From: an uncultured Actinomycetes bacterium
GTDB lineage: Bacteria; Actinomycetota; UBA4738; HRBIN12
Reading direction: 5' to 3'
Length of the DNA stretch: 64,000 nt
Assembly (NCBI GenBank): GCA_963706005.1
Contig: CAVPLL010000002.1
Location: forward strand, 150,148 to 214,147
A program made the position numbers and the translations under genes. Position 1 is the stretch's first letter; each line of letters opens with the position of its first letter. A model generated the notes under the pieces. That model was not told the origin of the DNA. It worked only from the letters and a program-made list of their open reading frames with translations, and made no database searches. Below are positions 8,372-18,602 of the stretch, piece after piece.

Positions 8372-9630
8372 ACCAAGACATGATCGCGGCGCTGCGCGAA
8401 CTCGAGCGTGAGAAGGGCATCGCGTTCGAGACGATCCTCGAGGGCCTCGAGGAGGCGATGGCGTCCGCCTACAAGTCGTGGTGGAAGCAGCAGCACCCGG
8501 AGCTCGACGAGGAGACGTTCGGTGTGCGCGCGAAGATCGACCCCGAGAACGGCGACCTGCGCGTCTGGATCCAGGAGCTCGAACGGATCGAGCACGAGGG
8601 CGAGGAGGGCGAGATCACCGTCGAGACCAAGGTCCTGTCCGAACAGGAGGTCCCGGTCACCGACGAGTTCAAGGGGCGCATCGGCGCGCAGACGGCCAAG
8701 CAGGTGATCTTCCAGAAGCTCCGCGACGCCGAGCGGGAGATGACGTACGAGGAGTTCGCCGGCCGCGAGGGCGACATCGTCACGGGCATCGTCCAGCAGT
8801 CGGAGCGCCGGTACACGCTCCTCGATCTCGGCAAGGTCGAGGCGCTCCTGCCGCAGGCCGAGCAGGTGCCGAGCGAGCCCTACCGCAACGGCGAGCGCCT
8901 CAAGGGCTACATCACCGAGGTCCGCAAGGGGAGCAAGGGCCCGCAGATCGTCGTGTCGCGGACGCACCCGGGGCTGCTGAAGAAGCTGTTCGAGCTCGAG
9001 GTGCCCGAGATCGCCGAGGGGATCGTCGAGATCAAGGCCGTGGCTCGCGAGCCCGGTCATCGTTCGAAGATCGGGGTCTCGTCCAACGAGCCCGCGGTCG
9101 ACCCGGTCGGGGCGTGCGTCGGGCCGAAGGGCTCGCGCGTCCGCAACGTGGTCACCGAGCTCCGAGGCGAGAAGATCGACGTCGTGCCGTGGAGCGCCGA
9201 CCCCGCGACCTTCGTCGCCAACGCGCTCCAGCCGGCCAAGGTCCGGGAGGCGCGGGTCGATCCCGAGACCCAGACCGCGCTCGTGATCGTGCCCGACTAC
9301 CAGCTCTCGCTGGCGATCGGGCGGGAGGGGCAGAACGCGCGACTCGCGGCCCGCTTGACCGGCTGGCGGATCGACATCAAGAGCGAGACGCAGTTCGCCG
9401 ACGAGCAGCGGGGCGGACCCCGACCTGCTCCCGAGACGGCCGCAGCCGCCGGCGGGGGCACCGACGCCGCAGCCGCTCACGCCGCAGCCGCTCACGCCGA
9501 GCCCGTCGACGCCGCGCCCTCCGCGGATGCCGCCGGGGGCGCGGGGGAACCGGTCGTCGTGGAGGGCGCGGTCGAGGAGGCCGCCTCGGAGTCTGTTTCG
9601 GAGGCGGCGGAGGAGAAGGCGGAGGCGTAG
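8368..9630 (+). CDS. nusA: Transcription termination/antitermination factor NusA
   Basis: [20 protein letters not shown].., with S1 and two KH regions ([34 protein letters not shown]) and an Ala-rich C-terminal tail. Confidence 0.95.
   Translation: MNQDMIAALRELEREKGIAFETILEGLEEAMASAYKSWWKQQHPELDEETFGVRAKIDPENGDLRVWIQELERIEHEGEEGEITVETKVLSEQEVPVTDEFKGRIGAQTAKQVIFQKLRDAEREMTYEEFAGREGDIVTGIVQQSERRYTLLDLGKVEALLPQAEQVPSEPYRNGERLKGYITEVRKGSKGPQIVVSRTHPGLLKKLFELEVPEIAEGIVEIKAVAREPGHRSKIGVSSNEPAVDPVGACVGPKGSRVRNVVTELRGEKIDVVPWSADPATFVANALQPAKVREARVDPETQTALVIVPDYQLSLAIGREGQNARLAARLTGWRIDIKSETQFADEQRGGPRPAPETAAAAGGGTDAAAAHAAAAHAEPVDAAPSADAAGGAGEPVVVEGAVEEAASESVSEAAEEKAEA
9466..9495 (+). repeat. In-frame 15-nt tandem duplication inside the nusA tail
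   Basis: GCCGCAGCCGCTCAC occurs twice (9466-9480 and 9481-9495), giving [10 protein letters not shown]. Confidence 0.9.
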
Positions 9631-9632
9631 CC

Positions 9633-9905
9633 GTGTCGACGGCGCACGTACCCGTGCGGACGTGCGTCGGGTGCAGGGAGCGGGGCGAGAAGGCCGATCT
9701 CGTTCGGGTCGTCGCCACGGAGGGCTCGGTCGGAGTGGATCGGGGCGGCTCTCGCTCGGGACGGGGCGCGTACGTGCATCGTCGCCGGGCGTGCGTGGAG
9801 GCCGCCCTGTCGCGTGGGTCGCTCGCGCGAGCGCTCCGGACCCGCCTGGACGAGCACCGAGCCGCTACCCTTAGGGCTGACATCGAGGGGGAACTGGGTC
9901 GTTGA
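9633..9905 (+). CDS. ylxR: YlxR-family (DUF448) RNA-binding protein
   Basis: VPVRTCVGCRERGEKADLVRVV...GRGAYVH. Canonical position between nusA and infB. Its stop overlaps the infB TTG start (TTGA). Confidence 0.8.
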   Translation: MSTAHVPVRTCVGCRERGEKADLVRVVATEGSVGVDRGGSRSGRGAYVHRRRACVEAALSRGSLARALRTRLDEHRAATLRADIEGELGR

Positions 9906-12004
9906 GGGTTCACGAGCTTGCCAAGGAACTGGGCGTCGCCAGCAAGGAGTTGCTCGCGTCGCTGAAGGAGATGGGGATCGACGGCCTCACGGCGTCGTCG
10001 TCGGTCCCCGACCAGGCCGTGCCTCGGCTGCGGGCGTCGGGCGGCAAGGCCGTCCCCGAGGCCAAGCTCAAGGAGGCGGTCGAGGAACCGCTCCCCAAGC
10101 GCCGGCCGGCGAGGAAGCGGGAGATCCTCGAGCCGGAGACACCACCACCCTCCGGCGTGTCCACGACGCCGGCGGTGCAGCCCGAACCGGCGGCGCCGCC
10201 CCCCGTGGAGGTCGCGGCGCCGGTGGAGGCGCCGCCGGCGGAACCCGCCGGCCCGTCCCAGCCCGTCCTTCGGCTCGTGCACGGTTCGACGCCGCAGGAC
10301 GTCGCGGACAAGTCGGGTCGGGGCGTCGCCGAGATCGTGAAGATCCTGTTCTCGCTCGGCGAGATGGCCACCGCGTCGCAGTCGCTGTCCGACGACGCGC
10401 TCGGCCTGCTCTGCGCCGAGCTGGGCTACGAGGCGGAGATCGTCGGGATCGAGGACGAGGAGGAGCCCGAGGAGGAGGTCGACGAGAGCCGACTCGAGCC
10501 GAGGGCGCCCGTCGTCACGATCATGGGCCACGTCGACCACGGCAAGACGCTGCTCCTCGACGCGATCCGGCGGACCGACGTGGTCTCGCAGGAGTTCGGC
10601 GGGATCACCCAGCACATCGGCGCCTACCAGGTCCACACGAACGATCGGGAGGTCACGTTCATCGACACCCCCGGTCACGAGGCCTTCACGGCGATGCGTG
10701 CGCGAGGCGCCCAGGTGACGGACATCGCCGTGCTCGTCGTCGCGGCGGACGACGGCGTGAAGCCGCAGACGGTCGAGGCGCTCGACCACGCGAAGGCGGC
10801 GGGCGTTCCGATCGTGGTCGCGGTCAACAAGATCGACAAGCCCGAGGCCGATCCCACGCGGGTGCGGCAGCAGCTGGTCGAGCAGGGCATCGTGCCGTCG
10901 GAGTGGGGCGGCCAGAACGAGTTCGTCGACGTCTCGGCCAAGGCGCGGACGAACCTGGACAACCTGCTCGAGACGATCCTGCTCGTGGCCGACCTCGAGG
11001 AGCTGAAGGCCGATCCACTCGGACGGGCGCGCGCGGTCGTGCTCGAGGCGCACCTGGACAAGGGTCGCGGGCCCGTCGCGAGCGTGCTCGTCCAGCGAGG
11101 CACGCTGGACGTGGGCGACACGCTCGTGTCCGGCACGTCGTGGGCGAAGATCCGCGCGATGCTGGACGAGAACGGGCAACAGGTGAAGCAGGCCGGCCCG
11201 AGCAAGCCGGTGCAGATCCTCGGCTGGTCGGCGACCCCGAACGCCGGAGACGACGTCCGCGAGGTCGCGGACGAGCGCGAGGCTCGGCACGTCGTCCAGG
11301 AGCGCGAGGCCAAGGTTCGCGCGGCCGAGATGGTCACCACGCGACCCCCGACGCTGCAGGAGCTCATGGCCCAGGCGGAGCGCGACGAGGTGCCGGAGCT
11401 GAACCTGATCGTGAAGGCCGACGTGCAGGGTTCGATCGGGGCGCTCGTCGATGCGCTCGCCAAGCTCCCGCAGGACGAGGTCCGCGTGAACGTGATCAGG
11501 AGCGCCGCGGGTGCGATCACCGAGAGCGACATCAACCTCGCCCTGACCTCTCACGCGATCGTCGTGGGGTTCAACGTCCGCCCCGACGTGCAGGCCCGAG
11601 ACCTCGCCGAGAAGGAGGGTGTGGATGTCCGCCTCTACCGCGTGATCTACGACGCGATCGACGACATCCGCAGCGCGCTCGGTGGCATGCTGAAGCCCGA
11701 GCAGCGCGAGACCCAGCTCGGCCGGGCCGAGGTCCGCGCGCTCTTCCGGGTCCCGAAGGTCGGGCTCGTCGCGGGTTCGTACGTCCTCGAGGGAACGATC
11801 GCGCGGAACGCGCGCGCCCGCGTGATCAGGGACGGCGTCGTCGCCTACGACGGGAGGATCGGCTCGCTCCGCCGCTTCAAGGACGATGTGCGCGAGGTGA
11901 CCGACGGCTTCGAGTGCGGCATCGGGATCGAGAACTTCAACGACGTGAAGGAAGGCGACATCATCGAGGCCTACGAGGTCCGCGAGGTCGCCCGGGAGCT
12001 GTAG
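9902..12004 (+). CDS. infB: Translation initiation factor IF-2
   Basis: 700 aa. [13 protein letters not shown]-domain [32 protein letters not shown] start at 9902. Confidence 0.95.
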   Translation: MRVHELAKELGVASKELLASLKEMGIDGLTASSSVPDQAVPRLRASGGKAVPEAKLKEAVEEPLPKRRPARKREILEPETPPPSGVSTTPAVQPEPAAPPPVEVAAPVEAPPAEPAGPSQPVLRLVHGSTPQDVADKSGRGVAEIVKILFSLGEMATASQSLSDDALGLLCAELGYEAEIVGIEDEEEPEEEVDESRLEPRAPVVTIMGHVDHGKTLLLDAIRRTDVVSQEFGGITQHIGAYQVHTNDREVTFIDTPGHEAFTAMRARGAQVTDIAVLVVAADDGVKPQTVEALDHAKAAGVPIVVAVNKIDKPEADPTRVRQQLVEQGIVPSEWGGQNEFVDVSAKARTNLDNLLETILLVADLEELKADPLGRARAVVLEAHLDKGRGPVASVLVQRGTLDVGDTLVSGTSWAKIRAMLDENGQQVKQAGPSKPVQILGWSATPNAGDDVREVADEREARHVVQEREAKVRAAEMVTTRPPTLQELMAQAERDEVPELNLIVKADVQGSIGALVDALAKLPQDEVRVNVIRSAAGAITESDINLALTSHAIVVGFNVRPDVQARDLAEKEGVDVRLYRVIYDAIDDIRSALGGMLKPEQRETQLGRAEVRALFRVPKVGLVAGSYVLEGTIARNARARVIRDGVVAYDGRIGSLRRFKDDVREVTDGFECGIGIENFNDVKEGDIIEAYEVREVAREL

Positions 12005-12012
12005 GAACGTCG

Positions 12013-12306
12013 ATGCTCGTCGCGCTGGAGCGGTTCGACCTCCGCATCCCCTCGTGCGGGTCCCTGAAGGAGAAGCGACACGTCGTGAAGACGCTGACCA
12101 ACGGCATCCGCTCGACGTTCAACGTGTCCGTGGCCGAGGTGGATCACCACGACCTGTGGCAACGGACCACGATCGCCGTCGCCGCCGTCGCGGGTGAGCA
12201 GTATCACGCGCGCCGCGTCCTGCACGAGGTCGAGAAGCTCGTCGATCGCTGGGGTGAGGTCGAGCTGATCCAGAGCGAGCTGACGCTGCACTACCCGGAG
12301 GCGTGA
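12013..12306 (+). CDS. DUF503 (YlxP-like) protein
   Basis: MLVALERFDLRIPSCGSLKEKRHVVKTL... Conserved position between infB and rbfA. Confidence 0.8.
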   Translation: MLVALERFDLRIPSCGSLKEKRHVVKTLTNGIRSTFNVSVAEVDHHDLWQRTTIAVAAVAGEQYHARRVLHEVEKLVDRWGEVELIQSELTLHYPEA

Positions 12307-12310
12307 CCCG

Positions 12311-12664
12311 ATGCCCGACGGGAGCCGGCCCACCCGTGTCTCGGAGGAGTTCCGCGAGATCCTCGCGGAGGAGATCCCGAAGCTCAAGGATCCGCGGGTG
12401 GGGTTCGTCACGGTCACGGGGGTCACCGTCACGCCCGACCTCCGACTCGCGCGCGTCTTCTACACGACCCTCGGGGACGATCGCGCCCGGCGTGCGACCG
12501 CCGCCGCGCTGACATCGGCGCGTGGACATCTGCGACAGGTGATCGGACGGCAGGTCCGGATGAAGATGCTCCCCGACCTGCGGTTCGAGCCCGACGAGGC
12601 GCCGGCGAACGCGGGCCGCATCGAGGAGCTCCTCCGCGAGCTGCATCAGCGGGAGGGGACGTGA
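12311..12664 (+). CDS. rbfA: Ribosome-binding factor A
   Basis: RVSEEFREILAEEIPKLKDPRVGFVTVTGVTVTPDLRLARVFY. Confidence 0.9.
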   Translation: MPDGSRPTRVSEEFREILAEEIPKLKDPRVGFVTVTGVTVTPDLRLARVFYTTLGDDRARRATAAALTSARGHLRQVIGRQVRMKMLPDLRFEPDEAPANAGRIEELLRELHQREGT

Positions 12665-13647
12665 CGGTCGCCGACCCGTTCGCGAAGGCGGCGGAGGCAC
12701 TCTCGAGCGCGACGAGCGTCGCGCTCGCGTGCCACGTGAACCCCGACGCGGACGCGCTCGGCTCCATGCTCGGGCTCTCGAACCACCTGCGCGCGATGGG
12801 CAAGGGGACCGTGTGCTCGTTCCCGAACGAGCCGTTCGAGCCCCCGCGCTGGGCCGCGATGCTGCCGGGCACGGACGCGCTCGTGCCTCCCTCGAGGTTC
12901 CCGAAGGACCCACCCCTGATGGTCACGTGTGACGTCGCCTCGCTCGACCGGCTCGCCGCCCTCGGGGGTCCTGCGGTGCGGGCGACGACGCTGATCTGGA
13001 TCGACCACCACGTCACGAACGAGGGGCTCGGGACGATCCCGATCATCGACCCCTCGGCGTCGTCCACCTGCGAGCTCGTGTGGCGGCTCGTGAAGGAGCT
13101 GGGCGGCCAGATCGGGATCGAGACCGCCACCTGCCTGTACGCGGGGCTCGTGACCGATACCGGGCGGTTCCAGTACGAGGCCGTCGGGCCGGACACCCTC
13201 CGCCTGGCGGCCGAGCTGCGCGAGTTCCCGTTCGAGCACGCGAGGCTCGTCCAGGCGCTCTACGAGGACAACGGGGTCGCGTACCTGCGGCTCCTCGGGA
13301 CGGCGCTCGAGCGGATCCGCTCCGAACCGCAGGCCGATCTGGTGTGGACCTACCTCACCCGCGCCGACCTCGACCGGTCGGGCGTCCACCCGGCCGAGAC
13401 CGACGATCTCATCGACGTCCTGCGGACGGCGCGCGAGGCGGACGTGGCCGCCGTGATCAAGCAGCAGCGCGACGGGCGGTTCAAGGTGAGCCTGCGTTCG
13501 CGCGGAGGGCACGACGTGGCCGCCGCGGCCTCGCGGTTCGGCGGCGGGGGACATCGTCTGGCTTCGGGCTACACCTCGAACCGGGGTCTGGTCGCCACGG
13601 TCGAGTCGCTCAAGGCCGCGCTCGCCGCCGAGCCCCCCGCCTCGTAG
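12661..13647 (+). CDS. nrnA: DHH/DHHA1 phosphoesterase (NrnA-like oligoribonuclease / pAp phosphatase)
   Basis: ALACHVNPDADALGS, DHH motif (WIDHHVTN) and GGGH near the C-terminus. Overlaps the rbfA stop (GTGA). Confidence 0.8.
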   Translation: MTVADPFAKAAEALSSATSVALACHVNPDADALGSMLGLSNHLRAMGKGTVCSFPNEPFEPPRWAAMLPGTDALVPPSRFPKDPPLMVTCDVASLDRLAALGGPAVRATTLIWIDHHVTNEGLGTIPIIDPSASSTCELVWRLVKELGGQIGIETATCLYAGLVTDTGRFQYEAVGPDTLRLAAELREFPFEHARLVQALYEDNGVAYLRLLGTALERIRSEPQADLVWTYLTRADLDRSGVHPAETDDLIDVLRTAREADVAAVIKQQRDGRFKVSLRSRGGHDVAAAASRFGGGGHRLASGYTSNRGLVATVESLKAALAAEPPAS

Positions 13648-13651
13648 CTCG

Positions 13652-14500
13652 ATGGGGCCGGCGGCCGAGGGGCTCGTGCTCGTCGACAAGCCCTCCGGCC
13701 TGACGTCGCACGACGTGGTCGACGTGGTCCGCAGGTCGCTCGGGACCCGCAAGGTCGGACACGCGGGCACGCTGGATCCGATGGCGACCGGTCTGCTGAT
13801 CCTCGGGGTCGGCCGGGCCACCCGCCTCCTCCGCTACCTCGGCGACCTCCCCAAGTCGTACACGGGGACCGGGCGCCTGGGCGAGGAGACCGACACGCTG
13901 GATGCGGACGGGGCGGTCGTGCGTTCGGCGCCGGTCGACGTGTCCCGGACGGACGTCGAGCGTGCGTGCGCCGCCCTGATCGGGGAGTCGATGCAGACCC
14001 CGCCCGCGTACTCGGCCGTGAAGGTCGGCGGACGCAAGCTCTACGACGCCGCGCGCCGCGGCGACGTCCTGGAGGCGCCCGCGCGCCCGATCCGCGTCGA
14101 CGCGTTCGAGGTGTCGCGGTTCCACGGGCGCGAGGTGGACGTCCGGATCACGTGTTCGGGCGGGACGTACGTCCGGGTGCTCGTCGCCGACGTGGGTCGG
14201 GCGCTCGGGTGCGGGGCGCACCTGGTGCGGCTCCGCCGAACCGCCATCGGGCCCTTCCGGGTGGAGGACGCGCGGGCGCCGGGCGAGGCGGAGCCGCTGC
14301 CGATCGAGCGAGCGGTCGGGCACCTGCCGAGCATCCGCCTGGATGCCGACGAGGCTCGAGCCGCGTCCCATGGGCGCGTGCTGGGGCCCGCCGGGATCGA
14401 GGGACCCTACGCCGTCTTCGCGCCGGACGGCGTGCTCACGGCCATCTACCGAGACGCCGGGGCGAGCGCGCGCCCGGAGGTCGTGCTGGCGTCGGACTGA
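13652..14500 (+). CDS. truB: tRNA pseudouridine(55) synthase
   Basis: LVLVDKPSGLTSHDVVDVVRRSLGTRKVGHAGTLDPMATGLLILGVG. Confidence 0.95.
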   Translation: MGPAAEGLVLVDKPSGLTSHDVVDVVRRSLGTRKVGHAGTLDPMATGLLILGVGRATRLLRYLGDLPKSYTGTGRLGEETDTLDADGAVVRSAPVDVSRTDVERACAALIGESMQTPPAYSAVKVGGRKLYDAARRGDVLEAPARPIRVDAFEVSRFHGREVDVRITCSGGTYVRVLVADVGRALGCGAHLVRLRRTAIGPFRVEDARAPGEAEPLPIERAVGHLPSIRLDADEARAASHGRVLGPAGIEGPYAVFAPDGVLTAIYRDAGASARPEVVLASD

Positions 14501-14540
14501 CTCAGGGGATGCGCCGCCGGGCGATCTCTGCGAGCATGCG

Positions 14541-15626
14541 GTGGTGTCCGACGCACCGAAGAAGAAGCACTCGCTCCTCCGACGCGTGATCTCGGCCGCG
14601 ATCTCGCTGGCCATCGTGGCCGCCATCTTCCTCTACGCGATCCCGCGGTTCGCGGACTACTCGGCGGTCTGGGCCACGATGACCACCCTCACGCCGATCG
14701 AGTTCTGGTCGCTCGTCGCGGCGATGATCTTCAACCTGTTCACGTACTGGCTCGCGAACATGGCCGCGTTGCCGGGCCTGCGCCTCGGGCCTGCCGCCGT
14801 CGTGACGCAGACGACCACATCCGTCGCGAACACGATCCCGGCTGGAGGAGCCGTGGCGGTGGGGCTCACGTACACGATCTTGCACTCGTGGGGGTTCGAC
14901 GCCCAGGCGATCACCCTGTATATCGGGGTCACCGGCGTGTGGAACATCTTCATGAAGCTCGCCCTGCCCGTCGTGTCGCTCGCGCTGCTCGCGATCACGG
15001 GCCAGGCGGCCCCCGCCCTGGTCGTCGCCGCCCTGATCGGTCTGGTCGTTCTGGTGGTCGCGGTGTCGCTGTTCGCGCTCGCCCTGTGGAAGAAGGAGTT
15101 CGCTCGGCGGATCGGCGACGGGCTCGGACGCTTCGTGTCGTGGTTCCTGCGGTGGTTCCACAAGGGCCCGATCACGACCTGGGGTGAGCAGGCCGTCGCC
15201 TTCCGCGGGCGGACGATCATCCTGGTCGAGAAGCGCTGGGTGCTGATAACGGTCACCACGGTCATGTCGCAGCTCGCGCTCTGGCTCGTGCTCCTGCTCT
15301 GCCTGCGGCACGTGGGCATCTCCGAGCAGGAGGTGAGCACGCTCCAGACCCTCGCCGTCTTCGCGTTCGGCCGCCTGCTCGCCGCCGTGCCGATCACGCC
15401 GGGCGGTGTCGGGTTCGTCGAGCTCGGCTACATCGGGGGTCTGACCGCGGCGGGCGGCAACGAGGCACAGGTGGTCGCGGCCGTGCTGCTGTTCCGCGTC
15501 CTCACCTACGGGATCCAGATCCCGTTGGGAGGATTCACGTACATCATCTGGCGCGTGAAGAAGAGCTGGCGGCGGGAAGCGCCGAAGCCGCAGCTCGCAC
15601 CCGACACCGAGCGGCAGCCCGCCTAG
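14541..15626 (+). CDS. Polytopic membrane protein, lysylphosphatidylglycerol-synthase-TM / flippase-like (UPF0104) family
   Basis: Multi-TM protein with a conserved PITPGGVGFVELGYIGGL block near the C-terminus. The start is set at GTG 14541, after the truB stop; the long ORF upstream overlaps truB. Confidence 0.7.
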   Translation: MVSDAPKKKHSLLRRVISAAISLAIVAAIFLYAIPRFADYSAVWATMTTLTPIEFWSLVAAMIFNLFTYWLANMAALPGLRLGPAAVVTQTTTSVANTIPAGGAVAVGLTYTILHSWGFDAQAITLYIGVTGVWNIFMKLALPVVSLALLAITGQAAPALVVAALIGLVVLVVAVSLFALALWKKEFARRIGDGLGRFVSWFLRWFHKGPITTWGEQAVAFRGRTIILVEKRWVLITVTTVMSQLALWLVLLLCLRHVGISEQEVSTLQTLAVFAFGRLLAAVPITPGGVGFVELGYIGGLTAAGGNEAQVVAAVLLFRVLTYGIQIPLGGFTYIIWRVKKSWRREAPKPQLAPDTERQPA

Positions 15627-16309
15627 CCCGTTCCCGCGGGCGCCGCCCGCGCCTTGCGGCGCAGCGCGACGTCCCGGATCTCGGTCACGAGTCCGAACGA
15701 CCCGAGCGCGACGCCCGCGCCGAGCAGGACGCCGGCCACGACGTCGGAGAACCAGTGCGCCCCCAGGTACACGCGCGAGAGCGCCATCACGAACACGAAC
15801 GCGATCGCGACAAGCTCCCAGCGCCGGCGAGCCGGGCCCGCGGGCAGCAGCACCAGGACCAGGGCGAGGGCGGTCGCGGCACCGGCGACCGCATGGCCGG
15901 ACGGGAACGAGAACCCGACCACCGCAACGAGCGGTTCGGGTGGTCGTCCGCGGTGGAAGAAGGTCTTCGCGGCGGCCAGGATGAGCTCGGCCGCCGCCCA
16001 GGTCATGGCCCAGGCCGCGAGCGCACGCCATCTCCTTCGGACGAGCAACCACACGGTGACGACGATGCGGAGCGGGATGGTCACGATCCCGCTGCCCAAC
16101 AGGTTCAGGAACCGAGCCAAGGCCGTGAGGACCACGTTGCGGATGTCGTCCATCGCGCGGAAGACCGTGAGGTCCCAGTGACCCACGAACGGGAGCGTCG
16201 TCTTGGGGGCGAGGGACGGGGGATGGCGGCCGACCGCGACGAACACGAAGACCAGCGCCCCGAGCAGCACGGCCGACCAGCCGATCGCTCGGCGGTGGTT
16301 CGTCAGCAC
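15623..16309 (-). CDS. PAP2-family (type 2 phosphatidic acid / undecaprenyl-PP-like) phosphatase, membrane protein
   Basis: The three PAP2 motifs are present: KTFFHRGRPP, PSGH, SRVYLGAHWFSDV. GTG 16309 lies 1 nt after the upstream lipoprotein stop. Confidence 0.8.
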   Translation of the reverse strand: MLTNHRRAIGWSAVLLGALVFVFVAVGRHPPSLAPKTTLPFVGHWDLTVFRAMDDIRNVVLTALARFLNLLGSGIVTIPLRIVVTVWLLVRRRWRALAAWAMTWAAAELILAAAKTFFHRGRPPEPLVAVVGFSFPSGHAVAGAATALALVLVLLPAGPARRRWELVAIAFVFVMALSRVYLGAHWFSDVVAGVLLGAGVALGSFGLVTEIRDVALRRKARAAPAGTG

Positions 16310-16310
16310 G

Positions 16311-16901
16311 TTAGTCGCCGCCGACGCAGGGCGGCGCGCCGGCCCCGCACAGGGTGAGGCCGAACTCCTGCTCGATCTTGCGCACGAGCACCGTCCGCAG
16401 CCCGAAGGTGACGGCCTGGTCCGCTTCGAGCGCGAGTGTCGGCTCCGCGTTCGGACCGAACCGGATCCGGTAGGTGACGCATCCGCCCGGGAACAGGAAG
16501 TACTTGTTCGCCGAGAACGGGTGGAGGGCGAACTCGTGCAGGTAGACGCGGACGCCGCCCTCCGTCGTGGAGTTGGTGACGTCGACGGCACCCACGATGC
16601 GGCACGAAGGCGTGAGCGAGACCTCGACCGAGTGCAGGCCCCCACGATCCGAATCGAGCCAGAACCGCGCGCTCCCGCTCCGGACGTCCGACCCGCCGTA
16701 CTTCCAACCGGCGGGCAGACCCGCGATGCAGGGCAGGAGCGTCGCGCTCGGCACGGACTGCGCCATGAGCACGAACAGCTCGCCATCCTCGACCGGACAG
16801 TTCGCCTCCGAGGCGTCGCCCGCCTGGGAGCTGCAGGCCGCCAGGATCGAGCCGAGGAGGGCGATCGCGAGAACGGCGCCCACCCGCCGCGGCCACCTCA
16901 C
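16311..16901 (-). CDS. Hypothetical lipoprotein
   Basis: Lipobox LGSILAAC after a basic/hydrophobic N-terminus. GTG 16901 overlaps the stop of the upstream gene (GTGA). An alternative ATG exists at 16946. Confidence 0.6.
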   Translation of the reverse strand: MRWPRRVGAVLAIALLGSILAACSSQAGDASEANCPVEDGELFVLMAQSVPSATLLPCIAGLPAGWKYGGSDVRSGSARFWLDSDRGGLHSVEVSLTPSCRIVGAVDVTNSTTEGGVRVYLHEFALHPFSANKYFLFPGGCVTYRIRFGPNAEPTLALEADQAVTFGLRTVLVRKIEQEFGLTLCGAGAPPCVGGD

Positions 16902-18587
16902 GCGAACGCGTTCCAGTTGCTGACGATGAGCCCGACCGCGAGCCACGCGCCGAACACGACCGCGATCGTGAGGAGCACCCGTCGCACGCTCCAGCGCTGG
17001 ATCGAGACCTGTTCGCGCTCGGGCGCCATGCGTCGGAACTCGGCCAGCAGGTCGCGGCCGTCCTGCTTGAGGTTGTTGCGGAGCTGCGTCGGGCTCGCCA
17101 CGCCGCGCGCCGCCGCGAACGCCTCCGCGATGTCGTCCTCGGTGAAGTGTTCACGGGCACGGGCGTAGACGCGTTCGGCGTCGCTGCGGAGCGCGAGGAC
17201 CAGCATCATGTTGGCGAGATCGACCGCCTGCCGCCAGGGCGACGGGCGGACCTGCACGAAGAACACGTCGATGAGCTTCAGCTCGCCATCTCGGACCATC
17301 AGGTTCGCCGGCTTGATGTCGCGGTGGGCGAGTCCCTCGTCCCACATGTTCCGCACGAGCAGGAGGCCCTGGTCGATCACGCCGTCGTCGATCTCGGCCT
17401 CGCCGATCTCGACGGCGCCGTCGAAGAACTCCATGACGATCATGTATTCGCGCTCGGGCGTGATCTCGACGAACCCGTACGGTCGAGGCACGGGGAGACC
17501 GAGGTCGTACATGAGGCGGAGGGTGTAGTCCTCGTACTCGACGAACCGCCGGACGGACTGGAACGGCGTCTCGTCCTCCAGCGCGCCGTACAGGATCGTC
17601 CGGCCGAGCTTGTACCAGCGATCCGCCCGTACGTGGCTCTTCGCGTACAGCTTGGCGAAGACGTAGCCCCCCGGCTCGTCCCCCGTGGCCCCGATCTCGA
17701 TCCGGAGCGGCGTCGAACCGCCGGAGCCCTCGAGACCCACCGGCTTCACGCCGAGCACGGTGAGCCCGAGCTGGTCCCTGATCGCCGAGACGATGGCCTC
17801 GCCGCGCCGCCCGCCCACGTCCAGGTGCGCCGCCTTGCCTCGCTCGGTACGAGACCGGGAACAGATCGTTCGGTGCGAACCATCGGAACAACGCAACCCC
17901 GACCGCCACGCCGAACACGGCCCCCATCACCGCGTCCGACATGTGATCCACGCCGAGGTACACACGGACGAACACGAGGATCCCGAGGACGATCCCGATC
18001 ACCCACTTGGCGACCGAGCGCGGGGGGCCGGCAACGATCAGGGCGTACGCGGCGCCGATGGCCGATACGGCAAGCCCGGCGAGTGGCCGGGACGGCATCG
18101 AGTACCCCTGCCACCCCGTGAGGATGGCGATCCCGAGCGGCCGAGGGCGGGCGATGATGATGGAGGCGTTGTAGGTGACGATCTCGGTCGCGATGATGGC
18201 CGCAAGGAACACGAACAGGTGCCGCCACCGCCTGAACACCACCAGGCCGAGGATCACGCTCCACCGGATCACGCGGATCGTCCAGGTCGAGGTCAGCCCG
18301 TTGACGACGAGCATCACCCGGGTGAGGCCTGGGGTACGCAGGTCGGTGATCCAGATCTGCCGGTTGTGATCGAGCCGCTCGAACACGCCTTCGAGCGTCG
18401 GGAACAGCAGGAACCCGGTGAGCACGAGCGCGAAGTACAGGACCATCAGCAGGAAGAACTTCCCCGAACGGCCGAGCTCGTGGGGCAGGGCAGGCGCCTC
18501 GCCGGATGGGCGGCGACGCTGCGTCCCGTGAGCGGGGACGCGCTCTCGGAGTCCGCGTTCCACGCCGGCGTCGCTGGGGGCATCCAT
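16898..18587 (-). pseudogene. Fusion of an N-terminal PAP2-like membrane domain and a C-terminal atypical protein-kinase-like domain with a C-terminal TM helix; split by one extra base (or a sequencing indel)
   Basis: ORF 17151..18587 encodes the TM region with ARPRP / SMPSRP / VYLGVDHMSDAV up to ..NDLFPVSY. The next frame (ORF 16898..17896) continues ERGKAAHLDVGGRRGEAI.. with HRDIKPANLMV and IDVFF. The span is 1690 nt = 3n+1. The frames join near 17843-17861. Confidence 0.65.
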
Positions 18588-18602
18588 GCTCGAACGGCGA
18601 CT

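Noticed and set aside
15623-15626. Overlapping stop codons of the convergent flippase-like and PAP2 genes in a single CTAG.
   Set aside because: It is real but trivial. Palindromic CTAG gives TAG on both strands, and no functional inference is warranted beyond the tight convergent arrangement.
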